Translations under genes and position numbers: made by a program
Shown here: positions 37,624 to 48,162 of the stretch, in pieces
Numbering within the stretch: the stretch's first letter is position 1
How the letters are laid out: each line of letters opens with the position of its first letter
The notes under the pieces: model-generated
Database searches by the model: none
What the model was told of the DNA's origin: nothing
The model's input: the letters and a program-made list of their open reading frames with translations, nothing else
NCBI GenBank assembly: GCA_022360055.1
Contig: JAKSDO010000108.1
Coordinates: forward strand, 1 to 63,504
DNA from: Cytophagales bacterium
GTDB taxonomy: Bacteria > Bacteroidota > Bacteroidia > Cytophagales > Cyclobacteriaceae
DNA length: 63,504 nt
Reading direction: 5' to 3'

Positions 37624-38487
37624 ATGAGGTTAAGCGCCCTTGCCAGGAGAATTGAGCAGACACCAACCAGATTGATCAGCTTTTTAGAAAAAAACGGAGT
37701 TGAGCCGGACAATGGAATTAACACGGTATTGAATCCCGAAATTGTCGACCTCGTACTGGAAAAGTTTGCGCCGGACGAAGCAAAGTCTGTTGAAATCGAA
37801 ACTGTCGAAGAGCATAGCGTTGAAATTCCGTTGGTCCGGGTTTCGGACCAACAGGAAGTTGAGGAAGAATCGGATGCAAACCGGACATCTGAGGATATAA
37901 ATTCGGCGGAGCAGGCCGAAAAAGAAATCGAATCCGAAGCAATGGATTCTCCCCGGAAAAAAAAGGTCGGAACCATTGAGGACCTCGAAGGCGATTCTAA
38001 AGAAGATATCGATCTGATAAAAATAAAGAAAGTAAAGCTTGAAGGGATCAAGGTCGTTGGAAAAATCGAATTGCCTGAGAAGCCCAGGATGGAGAAGGAT
38101 GAAAAGCAGCCTGAAGAAGAAACGGCCCAAACGAAAGGATCGGAAAAATCAACGGAAAGACCGAAGACCCGTTCCGGAAAATTTAATCGCAACCGAAAGA
38201 AGATCAAACCCGGAAAAGGGAGAAAGCCCCGGTCTTATGAAGAAAAACTAAAGGAAGAAGAGCGCCAGAAGCTCAAAAAAAGGCGTCGACGGGAACTCGA
38301 GGAAAAGCAAAGGAAAAGAAAATATTATGAAAAGAACCTCAAACCGAAGATGGCCGGGCAGGTTAAGAAAAAGAAAAAAAGAAAAACCGCCGACACGCTA
38401 CAAGCGACGGAACAGGAAATAATCGTGCATAAAAATCCGTTGAGACGGTTGTGGGCCTGGCTGAATGGTGCGTACGACCGGTATTAG
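37624..38487 (+). CDS. K/E-rich low-complexity protein with IF2_N-like N-terminal helical domain
   Basis: 287 aa. N-terminus MRLSALARRIEQTPTRLISFLEKNGVEPDNGINTV resembles the IF-2 N-terminal domain. The rest is a highly charged KE/KR-rich segment. The antisense ORF 37620..38207 is considered spurious. Confidence 0.5.
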   Translation: MRLSALARRIEQTPTRLISFLEKNGVEPDNGINTVLNPEIVDLVLEKFAPDEAKSVEIETVEEHSVEIPLVRVSDQQEVEEESDANRTSEDINSAEQAEKEIESEAMDSPRKKKVGTIEDLEGDSKEDIDLIKIKKVKLEGIKVVGKIELPEKPRMEKDEKQPEEETAQTKGSEKSTERPKTRSGKFNRNRKKIKPGKGRKPRSYEEKLKEEERQKLKKRRRRELEEKQRKRKYYEKNLKPKMAGQVKKKKKRKTADTLQATEQEIIVHKNPLRRLWAWLNGAYDRY

Positions 38488-38498
38488 TCCCGGACGGA

Positions 38499-39653
38499 TC
38501 ATCCGGGCTGAAATTCTACTTTTTCCCCGGCGAGCCCCAGGTTGTCGTCGACGTAACGCTCGTCCCAAAGATTGGAAATAACGGCTGAAATGTTGGGGTT
38601 CTGCAATGCCCAGAGATATGCTTTCATGGGTGGCTTCATGTTTCCCGGTACAATTCGGTTCACCTTTTCAATTCTCCAATTTGGAATTGGTTGCAGTTTC
38701 TTGTGATGCGTGGCTACGGCCATGGCAACTTTCATCCCGATCACTCCGATTCCCGCATTTTTCGCATTTCGAATCGCATCTTCCAGATATCCTCCATTGA
38801 TCACATTGTAGGCGCACATCACCACATCATATTTGCCGGTATTCGTTGCGGCACGTAAGACACCTGCCGGATCATTGTGGGTAGAAACTCCCAAAAACCG
38901 GACAAGACCTTCTTTCTTCAGCGCTTCAAGTGTTTCAAAAATCTCCGGAATCTCAACTTCTTCCGGGCAATTGGCCCCGTGGGGACACATAAGTATATCA
39001 AAATAAGATTGTCCGGTTCGGTCAAGGCTGCCCTTGATCGAATCCCATATGAACTTTTTAAATTGCTTGCTGCCGTCCACCTTGTGGGCATAGTCCGCGA
39101 CCATTGCGTTCGACAGATAGGAAGGGTCCATGGAACGTTCCTGCCCCGGCCAATAGGTTAAATAGTAACCCGGAACATCAACTCCCCGCTCCTTTCGCAA
39201 TTCCAATGCCCTGTTTCGATAATATTCCTTTTTTCCTTCCGGTAAACCGTCAAATATCTCGCGATACAGGCGGTTTCGCACGCCGGTAAATCCGCTGACC
39301 TTGGTCGTCATAAAAACTTGTTCCCGCTTTGAAGATGAATTTACGACCTTTGCATACCCTTTTTCGCATTCACCCCTCCCATAGGCCGGGGCCATATCCA
39401 GATAATTTAATCCTTTTTCAATGGCGTACTCGACCATCCTGAAATTGTTGGTCGATACCGGGTCCCCGCCGCATACAAACTCGGAAATCATTAATCCGGT
39501 ATTGCCAAGCTGACGATACGCCATGTCGGACTGCTTATTTCTCCATTCGGGGCTCCTGTGGATCCGGTTTTCCCGGGACTTTAATCCAAAAGACAACGTA
39601 GGTCCGGCGACAATCAGCGCGCCGGATTTGATAAATGATCTGCGGTCTATCAT
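38499..39653 (-). CDS. Aldo/keto reductase with twin-arginine (Tat) signal peptide
   Basis: 384 aa. N-terminus MIDRRSFIKSGALIVAGPTLSFG (RRxFxK Tat motif). AKR core (LGNTGLMISEFVCGG, YLDMAPAYGRGE). Confidence 0.8.
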   Translation of the reverse strand: MIDRRSFIKSGALIVAGPTLSFGLKSRENRIHRSPEWRNKQSDMAYRQLGNTGLMISEFVCGGDPVSTNNFRMVEYAIEKGLNYLDMAPAYGRGECEKGYAKVVNSSSKREQVFMTTKVSGFTGVRNRLYREIFDGLPEGKKEYYRNRALELRKERGVDVPGYYLTYWPGQERSMDPSYLSNAMVADYAHKVDGSKQFKKFIWDSIKGSLDRTGQSYFDILMCPHGANCPEEVEIPEIFETLEALKKEGLVRFLGVSTHNDPAGVLRAATNTGKYDVVMCAYNVINGGYLEDAIRNAKNAGIGVIGMKVAMAVATHHKKLQPIPNWRIEKVNRIVPGNMKPPMKAYLWALQNPNISAVISNLWDERYVDDNLGLAGEKVEFQPG

Positions 39654-39771
39654 GTTTTTGAGAGGAAATTAAAATTGGTGAATACTAAAGATAGCAAAAG
39701 ATGATAAAAGAATAAACAGGTGTTTTACATTTTGTCGACATTCTGTTTCTTTACCGGATAATTGGAACGTC

Positions 39772-40980
39772 ATGAGCAAAGTAATAATCATCGGAGCAGG
39801 AGGAGTCGGAAATGTTGTAGCAAAAAAATGCGCAAGGGAACCGAAGGTATTTTCAGAAATTCTCCTGGCTTCCAGGACAAAGTCGAAATGCGATGCTATT
39901 GAAAAAGAGATCGGAAATAACCGGCTCCAAACAGCCAGAGTCGATGCCGATCGTGTAGCCGAACTTGTTGATTTATTCTACAATTACAAACCGGATCTGG
40001 TAATAAACGCAGCACTCCCCTACCAGGATTTGACGATCATGGAAGCATGTCTTAAATGCAAGGCGCATTATCTCGACACGGCAAACTACGAACCAAAGAA
40101 CGAGGCGAAATTTGAGTATAAATGGCAGTGGGATTACAACGAGCGCTTTAAGAATGCCGGAATTATGGCGCTGTTGGGTTGTGGATTTGACCCCGGTGTC
40201 ACAGGGGTTTACACGGCCTATGCGCTCAAGCATCATTTCGACGAAATTCATTATCTGGATATTATAGATTGCAATGGCGGCGATCACGGGAAGCCATTTG
40301 CGACAAATTTCAATCCGGAAATCAATATCCGCGAAATTACTCAAAAAGGAAAATTCTGGCAGTCCGGCACCTGGCATGAGATCCCGCCCATGTCGATACA
40401 CAGACCCATCGATTATCCGAACATCGGCATCAGGGAATCGTACCTGCTGTATCACGAAGAACTGGAATCGCTGGTAAAAAATATTCCTGCGATCAAAAGA
40501 GCGAGGTTCTGGATGACCTTCGGGGAAGCGTATATCCATCATTTACAAGTGCTGCAAAATGTAGGGATGACCTCTATAGAACCCATCGATTACGATGGCA
40601 GGGAAATCGTTCCCCTGCAGTTTTTAAAAGCGGTGTTGCCCGAACCGTCGGACCTGGGCGAAAATTATTCCGGCGAAACATCCATCGGATGTCAGATAAG
40701 AGGCGTTAAGGAGGACAGAGTGCGCAATTATTACATCTGGAATAACTGCAAGCACCAGGATGCCTGGAAGGATGTAAACGGGCAGGGGGTCTCCTACACG
40801 ACCGGCGTTCCGGCGATGTTGGGCGCAAAAATGATGCTTACGGACAAATGGATGAAGCCAGGTGTGTACAATGTTGAAGAATTCGACCCTGATCCGTTTA
40901 TGAACGAGATTGGCAATTACGGATTGCCCTGGAATGAAATTGTCAACGGCAGACTTGCATTCGACGACTATGATGAATGA
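39772..40980 (+). CDS. Saccharopine dehydrogenase-family enzyme, probable carboxynorspermidine/carboxyspermidine dehydrogenase (CANSDH)
   Basis: 402 aa. N-terminal Rossmann IIGAGGVGNVVAKK. Family size fits and the gene is overlap-coupled to the carboxynorspermidine decarboxylase gene. Confidence 0.8.
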   Translation: MSKVIIIGAGGVGNVVAKKCAREPKVFSEILLASRTKSKCDAIEKEIGNNRLQTARVDADRVAELVDLFYNYKPDLVINAALPYQDLTIMEACLKCKAHYLDTANYEPKNEAKFEYKWQWDYNERFKNAGIMALLGCGFDPGVTGVYTAYALKHHFDEIHYLDIIDCNGGDHGKPFATNFNPEINIREITQKGKFWQSGTWHEIPPMSIHRPIDYPNIGIRESYLLYHEELESLVKNIPAIKRARFWMTFGEAYIHHLQVLQNVGMTSIEPIDYDGREIVPLQFLKAVLPEPSDLGENYSGETSIGCQIRGVKEDRVRNYYIWNNCKHQDAWKDVNGQGVSYTTGVPAMLGAKMMLTDKWMKPGVYNVEEFDPDPFMNEIGNYGLPWNEIVNGRLAFDDYDE

Positions 40981-42115
40981 TAAATTTGATTTTGACGCTT
41001 CGATCATACCTTCTCCATGTTTTATTCTGGATGAGCGCCTTCTGATTAAGAATTTGGAACTTCTCAGGAAGATACGGGATGATGCTCAAATAAAGATCCT
41101 GTGCGCCTTAAAGGGATATGCCATGTGGAGTACCTTCCCGCTGTTGAAAAAGTTCCTTTCCGGCGCTGCGGCAAGCTCCCTGAATGAAGCGAGACTAAGT
41201 CATGAAACGTTCCTGAAAGATACGCATCTGTGCGCGCCGGTTTACATCGAAGATGAAATTGAGGAAATTACCGATCTGGCGAGCCATATTACGTTTAATT
41301 CACTTCAACAGTACAACAAATTCGGGGAGATCGCCACAAAAAAAGGACTGAAGGCCGCCCTCAGAATAAACCCGGAGTATTCCGAAATAACGACCGATTT
41401 ATATAACCCCTGTGTACCCGGGAGCCGCCTTGGAATCACCCGCGATCTTATGCCTATGGAACTGCCCAAAGCAATCACCGGATTTCATTTTCACACGCTT
41501 TGCGAACAAAATGCGGATACATTTCAAAGAACGCTCCGGGTGATCGATGAGAAGTTCGGAAGGTATCTTAAGAAAGTTACATGGCTAAATATTGGAGGGG
41601 GGCATCATTTTACCAGAGAGGATTATGATGTCGAATTATTCGTAAACACAATTAAATCTTTCCGCAAAGAATACGATCTGGAGATCATCGCAGAGCCCGG
41701 AGAAGCTATTGGCTGGAAGACGGGATATTTATTATCGACGGTTCAGGATGTAGTCGAAGCCAACGGCTTAAAGACCGCCATGCTTGATGTTTCTTTCACA
41801 GCTCACATGCCCGATTGTCTGGAGATGCCGTATCGCCCGAATGTGGTCGGAACCGTCGACAACACGGGCGCCTTCAATTATCGCCTTGGAGGGAATACAT
41901 GCCTGGCGGGAGATTTTATCGACGGCTATCGCTTTGGGACAGCATTGGAAGCCGGGGACAAAGTCATCTTTGACGATATGATCCATTACACCATGGTTAA
42001 AACCAATACGTTTAATGGGGTGCAATTGCCTTCTATTGGGATGATCACATGTGATGGCTCGTTTAAGCTGATCAAAAGCTTTGATTATAAAGACTTTAAG
42101 AACAGGCTGTCTTGA
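40971..42115 (+). CDS. nspC: Carboxynorspermidine/carboxyspermidine decarboxylase (PLP-dependent, fold III)
   Basis: Probable start at ATG 40971 (MMNDKFDFDASIIPSPCFILDE), overlapping the CANSDH stop by 10 nt. The track ORF begins at 40910. An NspC-type length (~380 aa) and the Orn/DAP decarboxylase-like barrel are consistent. Confidence 0.85.
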
Positions 42116-42121
42116 CCTGTT

Positions 42122-42655
42122 TTATGGAGAAATTCTGCTTTCTATCGATTTGTCCACGATCGGCATCTCCAGGCTTCGGTGCAAAAGATCGACCAACCTT
42201 TGCATTTGATCCCGCCCCAACCGTTGTCCGATTTTACTCAGGAGAAACAAGCCTGAGATTAGAGCGGAACCGATCGGAAACGCCCATAAACCATATGCTT
42301 TCATATTTAACATCATTTGAGATAATCCGAATATCAGCCCCATTAACGTGAGAAAACCAATGGATGAATAGAAAAAGACAAACATGGTCCATACGGCGGG
42401 TTTAGGTCCGAACAGGCCGCGTATCAACGTCTCGCCGTTTTGGCCCTCCAATTCCAGGGTAAGTTGAGGAGACCAGTAATGCTGATCTTTTGCAGGAATT
42501 TTTATTATGATATGATGATCGACTATTTTACCCAACCAGCTTTCCCGGTTATCCTCCAATCCCTTCTGAATTTTTCTTATTATTTCTTCGGGGGGTAAGT
42601 TCAGCTTTTCTTTGAACCTGGGACGAATCCGAAAACTGTTTTCCTTGGTATCCAT
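42122..42655 (-). CDS. Hypothetical membrane protein (2 TM)
   Basis: 177 aa. Hydrophobic helices AVWTMFVFFYSSIGFLTLMGLIFGL and LWAFPIGSALISGLFLL. Confidence 0.5.
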   Translation of the reverse strand: MDTKENSFRIRPRFKEKLNLPPEEIIRKIQKGLEDNRESWLGKIVDHHIIIKIPAKDQHYWSPQLTLELEGQNGETLIRGLFGPKPAVWTMFVFFYSSIGFLTLMGLIFGLSQMMLNMKAYGLWAFPIGSALISGLFLLSKIGQRLGRDQMQRLVDLLHRSLEMPIVDKSIESRISP

Positions 42656-42711
42656 GGTATATATCCTTTTGAATTGAGACAGACGCTTAATCGCAGCACA
42701 TTCCGAAAAAA

Positions 42712-43686
42712 ATGAATAGTCAGTTTACAAACATTTTCATCAAAACAAAAAAAAGAATGATTATTTTCGTTTCTCGATTTTTTATGAAACTGAAATACAT
42801 GATTGCCATCCCATTTTTATTCATCTGCTTTCTTTGCAATCAAAAGGAACAGGAGATTTTTGACAGTACACCAGAAATGATCTTTGAACCGGCTGTGTCT
42901 GCCGGTGTAATCCGGAATTTGAATTTGGAAGAAGCATCGGGCCTTATGGCAAGTAGAAATAACCCGGATATGTTCTGGGCGGTGAATGACAGCGGGAATA
43001 AGCCAATACTGTTTTTGATCAACGACAAAGCTGAATTGATGCATTCATACTGGTTTCAAGACCTGGAAAACAGAGATTGGGAAGACCTGTCCATGTACGA
43101 AGATAAACCTTCCGGCAGGCATAAACTTGTCATTGCCGATATCGGAGATAATTCGGCCGTTCGCGACCATATAGAAATTATTATCCTCGATGAACCGGCA
43201 TATTCAATGGAATCGGATACGATAATTCGTGAATTTAAAAAACATAAACTTAAATATCCGGATGGCCCCAAAGATGCCGAGACCGTGCTTTGTGATCCCG
43301 TTACATCTCAAATGTATATTATCTCGAAGCGCGAGGAAAATGTGAGTGTTTTCGAGGTTCCGGAACATTTATCCACATCTGCGGTCATGGAGCTCAAATT
43401 GGTTTCGAAACTGCCATTTACAAACGTCACATCCGGAGATATTTCCCCGGACGGAGGGGAAATTCTGCTCAAGACCTATGATGAGGTCTATTATTGGCGC
43501 AGGGATAATCGCCAGGTCCTGACCAATGTGCTGGCGCAAGAATATGTGACTGTCGATTATAAAGTAGAGCCGCAGGGCGAAGCAATTTGCTGGAAAGTCG
43601 ATGGTTCCGGATTTTATACATTGAGCGAGAAAAGCTGGTCGGACCGTCAGATATTGTATTACTACAATAAAAGAGGCGAAAACTGA
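42712..43686 (+). CDS. Hypothetical secreted/lipoprotein (possible beta-propeller fold)
   Basis: 324 aa. Probable internal start MKLKYMIAIPFLFICFLC. No recognisable catalytic motif. Confidence 0.45.
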   Translation: MNSQFTNIFIKTKKRMIIFVSRFFMKLKYMIAIPFLFICFLCNQKEQEIFDSTPEMIFEPAVSAGVIRNLNLEEASGLMASRNNPDMFWAVNDSGNKPILFLINDKAELMHSYWFQDLENRDWEDLSMYEDKPSGRHKLVIADIGDNSAVRDHIEIIILDEPAYSMESDTIIREFKKHKLKYPDGPKDAETVLCDPVTSQMYIISKREENVSVFEVPEHLSTSAVMELKLVSKLPFTNVTSGDISPDGGEILLKTYDEVYYWRRDNRQVLTNVLAQEYVTVDYKVEPQGEAICWKVDGSGFYTLSEKSWSDRQILYYYNKRGEN

Positions 43687-43900
43687 ACCATCCCGCGCCT
43701 CACCGGCAAAAGAATTTGCCTAAAGCGGTAAGTTGTCCGCATGCTACAGGACAGGTGCTTTTTTATCACGCGGTATCTTTGCCGGCCCGGTGCGAACCGA
43801 CACTTACACGGGATATTCCTGCCCGCACACAGGTATTCCGGAAGTCGTCTGCGGAATCGATCGCTATTTTGTTTATGTCGAAGCACAATATCTGACGATA

Positions 43901-44827
43901 CTAATACTCCTCAAACAATATCCTGTTGGGCACGTAGTAGACGTCTAAGGTCAACATGGTCCCGATGGGCCTGTCGATTCCATACAATTCAAAGTTTGCC
44001 CTCAAAGCAAACCTGGTTTTAATCTTTCTTGATATCACACCCCATTCGCCACCCAGCGCTACTACCCGGTCCTTCACATCCCGAAGGTCCGGTGGCACGC
44101 CGGAACCGGTATCTTTTGTCAACTGCAGACTTACATAACCCGTAAGCCCAAAATCCATGGCCTCGTGCGCCGAATTTGTCACGGCCCATTCGGCATTAAA
44201 ATAGCTCCCTCCTTTGATGTTGCTGTCTTTCCTTTGCCCGTGAAATTCATATCTCGGCATCAGCGTAGCTGACCAGGTCTTGAATTGATCGAAGAAGTAG
44301 GTGCCCGACAAAGAGATGATATGGCTGTACTGCCCCTTTCCAACATTGTGGATATTATCGGCATTGTATTGACCCCACGGAAGGTAAAGTCTGTATTCCG
44401 CAAATAGCTGATAATCGGATTTTTGCCAGGATAATCCGATCGGGCTTATGTACGGATCCGCCATAAACAGACGAGACCTGATTTGCAAAGATTGTGACGG
44501 ATTGATCTCTGCGGTGGCGAAAGGGATCATACCCCCCACGACATAATTTGCTCCAAGGAGTTGTAGCCTTGTTACGTAAAATGCCGTAAACTGCTGGAAA
44601 AACCCATAGATCCGGTCCGATACTTTTTCCGTATCACCATTTCGGTCCGCATATTTTGATGCCCGGTACACACTTGTAATGCTTTTGCCCGCAAATCCGG
44701 TGGGGGGAAGTAAGGGTGAGAAGCTGCCACCGCTTCCCAGGAGATATACGGAAGATTCCTGGGGGTAGGCTTGCCAAGTGACACTGAGCGCAAAAACGCC
44801 GGTGATTATAAGTTTAATCCGGTTCAT
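43901..44827 (-). CDS. Outer-membrane beta-barrel protein (MetA-pathway/transporter-like family)
   Basis: 308 aa. Signal peptide. Alternating amphipathic beta-strands and a C-terminal aromatic residue (..ILFEEY). Confidence 0.5.
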   Translation of the reverse strand: MNRIKLIITGVFALSVTWQAYPQESSVYLLGSGGSFSPLLPPTGFAGKSITSVYRASKYADRNGDTEKVSDRIYGFFQQFTAFYVTRLQLLGANYVVGGMIPFATAEINPSQSLQIRSRLFMADPYISPIGLSWQKSDYQLFAEYRLYLPWGQYNADNIHNVGKGQYSHIISLSGTYFFDQFKTWSATLMPRYEFHGQRKDSNIKGGSYFNAEWAVTNSAHEAMDFGLTGYVSLQLTKDTGSGVPPDLRDVKDRVVALGGEWGVISRKIKTRFALRANFELYGIDRPIGTMLTLDVYYVPNRILFEEY

Positions 44828-44893
44828 GTCATTCCTGATTTTTGCTCGTCAATATATGAAATCATGATCACCAAACAGAGATATTTCGATGAT

Positions 44894-45949
44894 TCAGTGA
44901 AAAAGATTCAGGTTCCCTCCTTTTCTAAACAAGTCATTGCGCAGCGGTTTCAATTCCATTTCTTTGAAATACTTCTTTCTGGTGGTGTTAAAAATGGATT
45001 TTATCATAGCGGCATAATTACCTTCCCCGCTCATCCGTTTTCCGAACCGCGAATCGTTCACCTGCCCCCCATGGAGGCTTTCCACCTTATGCCAGACTTT
45101 CCTGGCTCTGTCCGGAAAATTCTTCTGAAGCCAGTCTGCAAATATTTCGGCTACATCTCCATTGAAGCGCGGCAACGTAAAATTTGCACTGCAGGCCCCG
45201 CTGTCCGCAGCGGCTTTCAGAATCGGCTCAATTTCATGCTCGTTTATCGAAGGAATTATCGGCCCCATCATCAATCCAACCTGAATTCCGGATCCGGAAA
45301 GCACCTCCATGGTTTTCAGCATTTTTGCGGCATTGGCCGTCCTTGGTTCCAGAATTCTTCTCAGCTTTTCGTCCAGAGTAGTGATCGAAAAAAACACATG
45401 GGTCAAGCGTCGTTTTGCTAAATATTTTAGCAGATCAATATCCCTTTCTATCAAGCTATTTTTGGTAATGATCCCAACCGGATTGTGATATTTGACGAAT
45501 AGCTTCAGCAGGGACCTCGTGATTTTCAGCTTTCGCTCAATTGGTTGATACGGGTCGGTATTTCCGGACAGCACGATGGTCTCTGCCTTCCATTGCTTTT
45601 TTAAAAACACCTTTTCCAAAAGCGATGCCGCATTTTTCTTGGCGATTATTTTAGTCTCCCAATCCATCCCGGCGCTAAAGCCCCAATATGTGTGCACATT
45701 GCGCGCATAGCAATATACACAACCGTGTTCGCAGCCTTGATAGGGGTTGATTGAATATCGAAACGGGATGTCCGGGCTCTTATTCTCCGAAAGGATTTTT
45801 TTCGGAGATTCAAGGTAGATCCTCCTCGAATGGTTGATGGTCGAATCCTCATCGATGCCCTCGATATGCTCGCGGGTAAATTCGGATTTCAGAAATTTGT
45901 TTTTCGGATTTATCTGCGCACCTCTGCCTTTTTGATAGTCGGTATTCAT
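44894..45949 (-). CDS. Radical SAM protein, SplB / DNA-photolyase-like family
   Basis: 351 aa. CEHGCVYCYAR (CxxxCxxC) near the N-terminus. The size and pattern match SPL-family radical SAM enzymes. Confidence 0.8.
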   Translation of the reverse strand: MNTDYQKGRGAQINPKNKFLKSEFTREHIEGIDEDSTINHSRRIYLESPKKILSENKSPDIPFRYSINPYQGCEHGCVYCYARNVHTYWGFSAGMDWETKIIAKKNAASLLEKVFLKKQWKAETIVLSGNTDPYQPIERKLKITRSLLKLFVKYHNPVGIITKNSLIERDIDLLKYLAKRRLTHVFFSITTLDEKLRRILEPRTANAAKMLKTMEVLSGSGIQVGLMMGPIIPSINEHEIEPILKAAADSGACSANFTLPRFNGDVAEIFADWLQKNFPDRARKVWHKVESLHGGQVNDSRFGKRMSGEGNYAAMIKSIFNTTRKKYFKEMELKPLRNDLFRKGGNLNLFH

Positions 45950-46042
45950 TTTAGCAAAATACTAAAAAAATTAGTATTTTGCTAAAGCGGGCATAAAAAA
46001 AGCGGAAAAGAAAATCCGCTTTGCCAGATAACTTCTACAACA

Positions 46043-46291
46043 TCAATAATTCCCCATACCGCTCATAATTGCTGCCCCGAAAACGAGCATAAAAAGTATG
46101 TAAATACCAATCATAATCGCGTACACGATCAAAGCCGCTTTTGCAAAATTTGCTTTATTTTCATTGGTTCCGCTTCCAAAACCCCATACAAACAGCATTA
46201 TGAATCCTACTAAAGGGATTGCGGCGACAATCAATGTGATTACCCAGTCCTTGATTGACAAAACAGATTTACGGTGTTCCTGATTTTCCAT
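46043..46291 (-). CDS. Small membrane protein (2 TM)
   Basis: 82 aa with two hydrophobic helices. Confidence 0.45.
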   Translation of the reverse strand: MENQEHRKSVLSIKDWVITLIVAAIPLVGFIMLFVWGFGSGTNENKANFAKAALIVYAIMIGIYILFMLVFGAAIMSGMGNY

Positions 46292-46366
46292 AATTAAAAA
46301 ATTTCATGATTAGATTTAAGTTGGTTAAAGGTATCGAATTATTTCAAAACTGATCCTTGAAAATCC

Positions 46367-47086
46367 TTGAGAATAGTGAAAAAACCTACGTGTATTACAC
46401 CAATCCGTACATTGAATTATATTTGCAAAAAAGAAGATCCTTTGGAACGAATTTCAAAAAAAGACAAGGCCCGGAAAATTGCCGAAATATTGGATGATCT
46501 GTATCCGAATTCTCCGATTCCGCTGCAGCACCAAGATCCGTATACATTGCTTATTGCCGTCTTACTTTCGGCGCAATGTACAGATGCACGTGTCAATAAG
46601 ATATCTCCGATCTTATTTGAACGAGCGGATAATGTATACGATATGGCAAAAGTTCCAATCGAAGAAATAAAAGAGATTATACGACCTTGCGGCCTTGCGC
46701 CGGCAAAGTCGAAAGCAATATTCAATCTTTCGAATATTTTGGTCGATAAATACGGAGGGAAGGTGCCCAAAACATTTGAAGAGCTTGAATCGCTGCCGGG
46801 TGTTGGTCACAAAACCGCCTCCGTTGTCATGTCACAAGCATTTGGTTTGCCTGCCTTTCCCGTGGATACCCATATACATCGTTTGGCCTACCGATGGGGA
46901 TTGTCCAATGGCAAGAGCGTCGTTCAGACGGAAAAAGACCTTAAAAGGCTCTACCCGGAAAGCTCCTGGAATAAGTTGCATCTGCAAATCATTTACTTTG
47001 GAAGGGAGTACTGTCCGGCCAGAAATCACGATTTTCAAGCATGTCCTATCTGCGGTAAATATGGCAGAAAGTCTTTATTGAAATAA
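46367..47086 (+). CDS. nth: Endonuclease III (DNA glycosylase/AP lyase)
   Basis: HhH-GPD motif LPGVGHKTASVVMSQAFG. LLIAVLLSAQCTDARVNK. C-terminal 4Cys cluster C-x6-C-x2-C-x5-C (CPARNHDFQACPICGKYG). Confidence 0.85.
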   Translation: MRIVKKPTCITPIRTLNYICKKEDPLERISKKDKARKIAEILDDLYPNSPIPLQHQDPYTLLIAVLLSAQCTDARVNKISPILFERADNVYDMAKVPIEEIKEIIRPCGLAPAKSKAIFNLSNILVDKYGGKVPKTFEELESLPGVGHKTASVVMSQAFGLPAFPVDTHIHRLAYRWGLSNGKSVVQTEKDLKRLYPESSWNKLHLQIIYFGREYCPARNHDFQACPICGKYGRKSLLK

Positions 47087-47270
47087 ATCCGCACTTCCGG
47101 CGGATGATCAAAATTATCATTCGTAAAACATTTACTTGCACATTCCCAATATATTCAAGGTCATTTTTCTACTATTCCGAAAAACATTACATGATCCAGG
47201 CATTTGGCTTTATAGTTTTTTTTTGCCTGGCAAATGCAACATCTTTAGCATTTAAACCAGACATGAATCA

Positions 47271-48149
47271 ATGAAATGGTCCTCGCTCGTCGTCCTTTTA
47301 GTTCTTGCGCTCATGTACCCCTCGAATGGCCATTCGCAGGGAAAAGCAAACCGGCGCAAGCCGGTTAAAACGGGCAATTCGGATATAAATCAATGGTGGA
47401 TCGGGGTGCGGGGCGGTGTGAATCTCAGCCACGCTACGGCACAGGAGTCGTATTCGGTATTTTCATTTACCCGTGATTTTACGGACGGCGACAATGAGAA
47501 AAATTATCATGCTTTTACGCTTCCCGGGCTCCAGTTCGGGTTTTCGGTATCCTATGAGTTTTTAACCGGGCTTTCCGTGAATATTCTCCCCGCCTATGTG
47601 TCCTATCGATATTCATACGACAATTCCTTTCGCTGGTACGATTCCGAAAATCAAAACAATAATGTGACCACCGGCCACAACATCGAAACAAGGCTGCAGT
47701 ACATAGATTTGCCGTTGACCTTTAAATACGAATTGCTGCGGGGGGCATTCAAGCCTTACGTCCAAATCGGGGGATATTCCGGTTACTTGACAGATGCCAT
47801 TAAAAAAGCTAAAATCACAAGTGTGGACCAGGCTTCCGGAGCTGACCGGGAAATTAATGTCACGGATCTTTCCGTTGGGGTGGAAGATCGAATAAAGAAG
47901 TGGAATTACGGAATTATTGGCGGAATCGGATTTACCTACAATGTGGGAAACGCCAGGTTGGGCCTGGAAGTAAATCATCGCTACGGACTGCAAAACCTGG
48001 ATAATGGCGGGATGAAATTTGTTGACAATCAGCTCATCACCGGCACTTATGACGTGCCGGATGATTTTTCGTTATCGAATCTGGAGCTTTCCATGCAGGT
48101 GATTATTCCGCTTAAGTTCATTACCTCAAAAGATTACATTCCACTTTAA
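47271..48149 (+). CDS. Outer-membrane beta-barrel (porin-like, OMP_b-brl family) protein
   Basis: 292 aa. Signal peptide. Alternating beta-strand pattern (GGIGFTYNVGNARLGLEVNHRYG). Confidence 0.6.
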   Translation: MKWSSLVVLLVLALMYPSNGHSQGKANRRKPVKTGNSDINQWWIGVRGGVNLSHATAQESYSVFSFTRDFTDGDNEKNYHAFTLPGLQFGFSVSYEFLTGLSVNILPAYVSYRYSYDNSFRWYDSENQNNNVTTGHNIETRLQYIDLPLTFKYELLRGAFKPYVQIGGYSGYLTDAIKKAKITSVDQASGADREINVTDLSVGVEDRIKKWNYGIIGGIGFTYNVGNARLGLEVNHRYGLQNLDNGGMKFVDNQLITGTYDVPDDFSLSNLELSMQVIIPLKFITSKDYIPL

Positions 48150-48162
48150 GCGTCTGCAGATC

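Noticed and set aside
37620-38207. 195-aa minus-strand Ser/Phe-rich ORF
   Set aside because: It is the mirror image of the K/E-rich coding strand (AAG/GAA codons read as CTT/TTC). The plus-strand gene has a structured N-terminal domain, so it is preferred.
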